Shown: piece by piece, positions 63,942-64,000 of the stretch
Position numbering within the stretch: position 1 is the first letter of the stretch
Layout: every line of letters begins with the position of its first letter
From: a virus
DNA length: 64,000 bases
Virus record (IMG/VR): IMGVR_UViG_3300045988_171772
Coordinates: 32,001 to 96,000 of that record
Direction: 5' to 3' (one strand)
Translations under genes and position numbers: made by a program
The notes under the pieces: generated by a model
The model's input: only the letters and a program-made list of their open reading frames with translations
Database searches by the model: none
What the model was told of the DNA's origin: nothing

Positions 63942-64000
63942 CTGTCCAAGATCTTTATCCTCGAACGAATTATTGTTTTCCTTCTTACGAGATCCCCATT
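63938..64000 (-). CDS. hypothetical protein, C-terminal fragment (gene begins beyond window end)
   Basis: Open frame ...RSRIKILDR then TGA 63938-63940 overlapping ATG 63941. Confidence 0.4.
   Translation of the reverse strand, partial: NGDLVRRKTIIRSRIKILDR

Noticed and set aside
1-64000. Clean genome-wide recoding (code 4, TGA=Trp, or code 15, TAG=Gln)
   Set aside because: TGA terminates about 18 well-supported genes, including ATGA-coupled ones, so code 4 is excluded. In-frame TAGs are few and absent from the structural genes. TGA and TAA interruptions coexist with them, so classical late-gene TAG recoding is not demonstrated. I kept this as an open finding instead.

Overview
This 64-kb window reads as one contiguous piece of a large, jumbo-type tailed dsDNA phage genome. 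The host is probably a low-GC Gram-positive, judging from GGAGG-type ribosome-binding sites, a GH25 lysin, an LL-H-like holin and XkdX-like proteins. I see no rRNA, tRNA, CRISPR array, integrase or transposase. Recognisable genes: (1) fragments of two different multisubunit RNA polymerases, namely a beta-like N-half plus a beta-prime-like C-half at 26.6-31.0 kb (minus strand) and a second beta-prime-like fragment at 50.3-51.5 kb (plus strand); (2) a Rad50/SbcC-like ATPase, an SF2 helicase, an NAD-dependent DNA ligase and a PD-(D/E)XK nuclease; (3) tail sheath and tail tube, a 1061-aa structural protein and two small tail-fibre tip genes; (4) a GH25 endolysin and two small GNAT acetyltransferases. 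The first 9.3 kb is an array of at least 10 diverged paralogs encoding alpha-helical proteins. Main second-look items: (a) an ORF-less group I intron that splits the RNAP beta-like gene, with P/Q/R/S core elements, a U.G splice-site pair and P3/P8/P9 all readable; (b) at least seven single in-frame stop codons of all three types inside otherwise continuous ORFs, while TAG is never used as a true gene terminator; (c) an inverted duplication (a perfect 31-mer plus the 5' parts of two tail-fibre tip genes) bracketing a 2.4-kb cassette, with one tip gene frameshifted in a T-run; (d) a recurrent TCTATATATTAT motif upstream of plus-strand genes, which is a candidate phage-RNAP promoter; (e) a family of intergenic hairpins with CATATG/TATATA cores. 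All functional calls rest on motifs read by eye. No database search was run.
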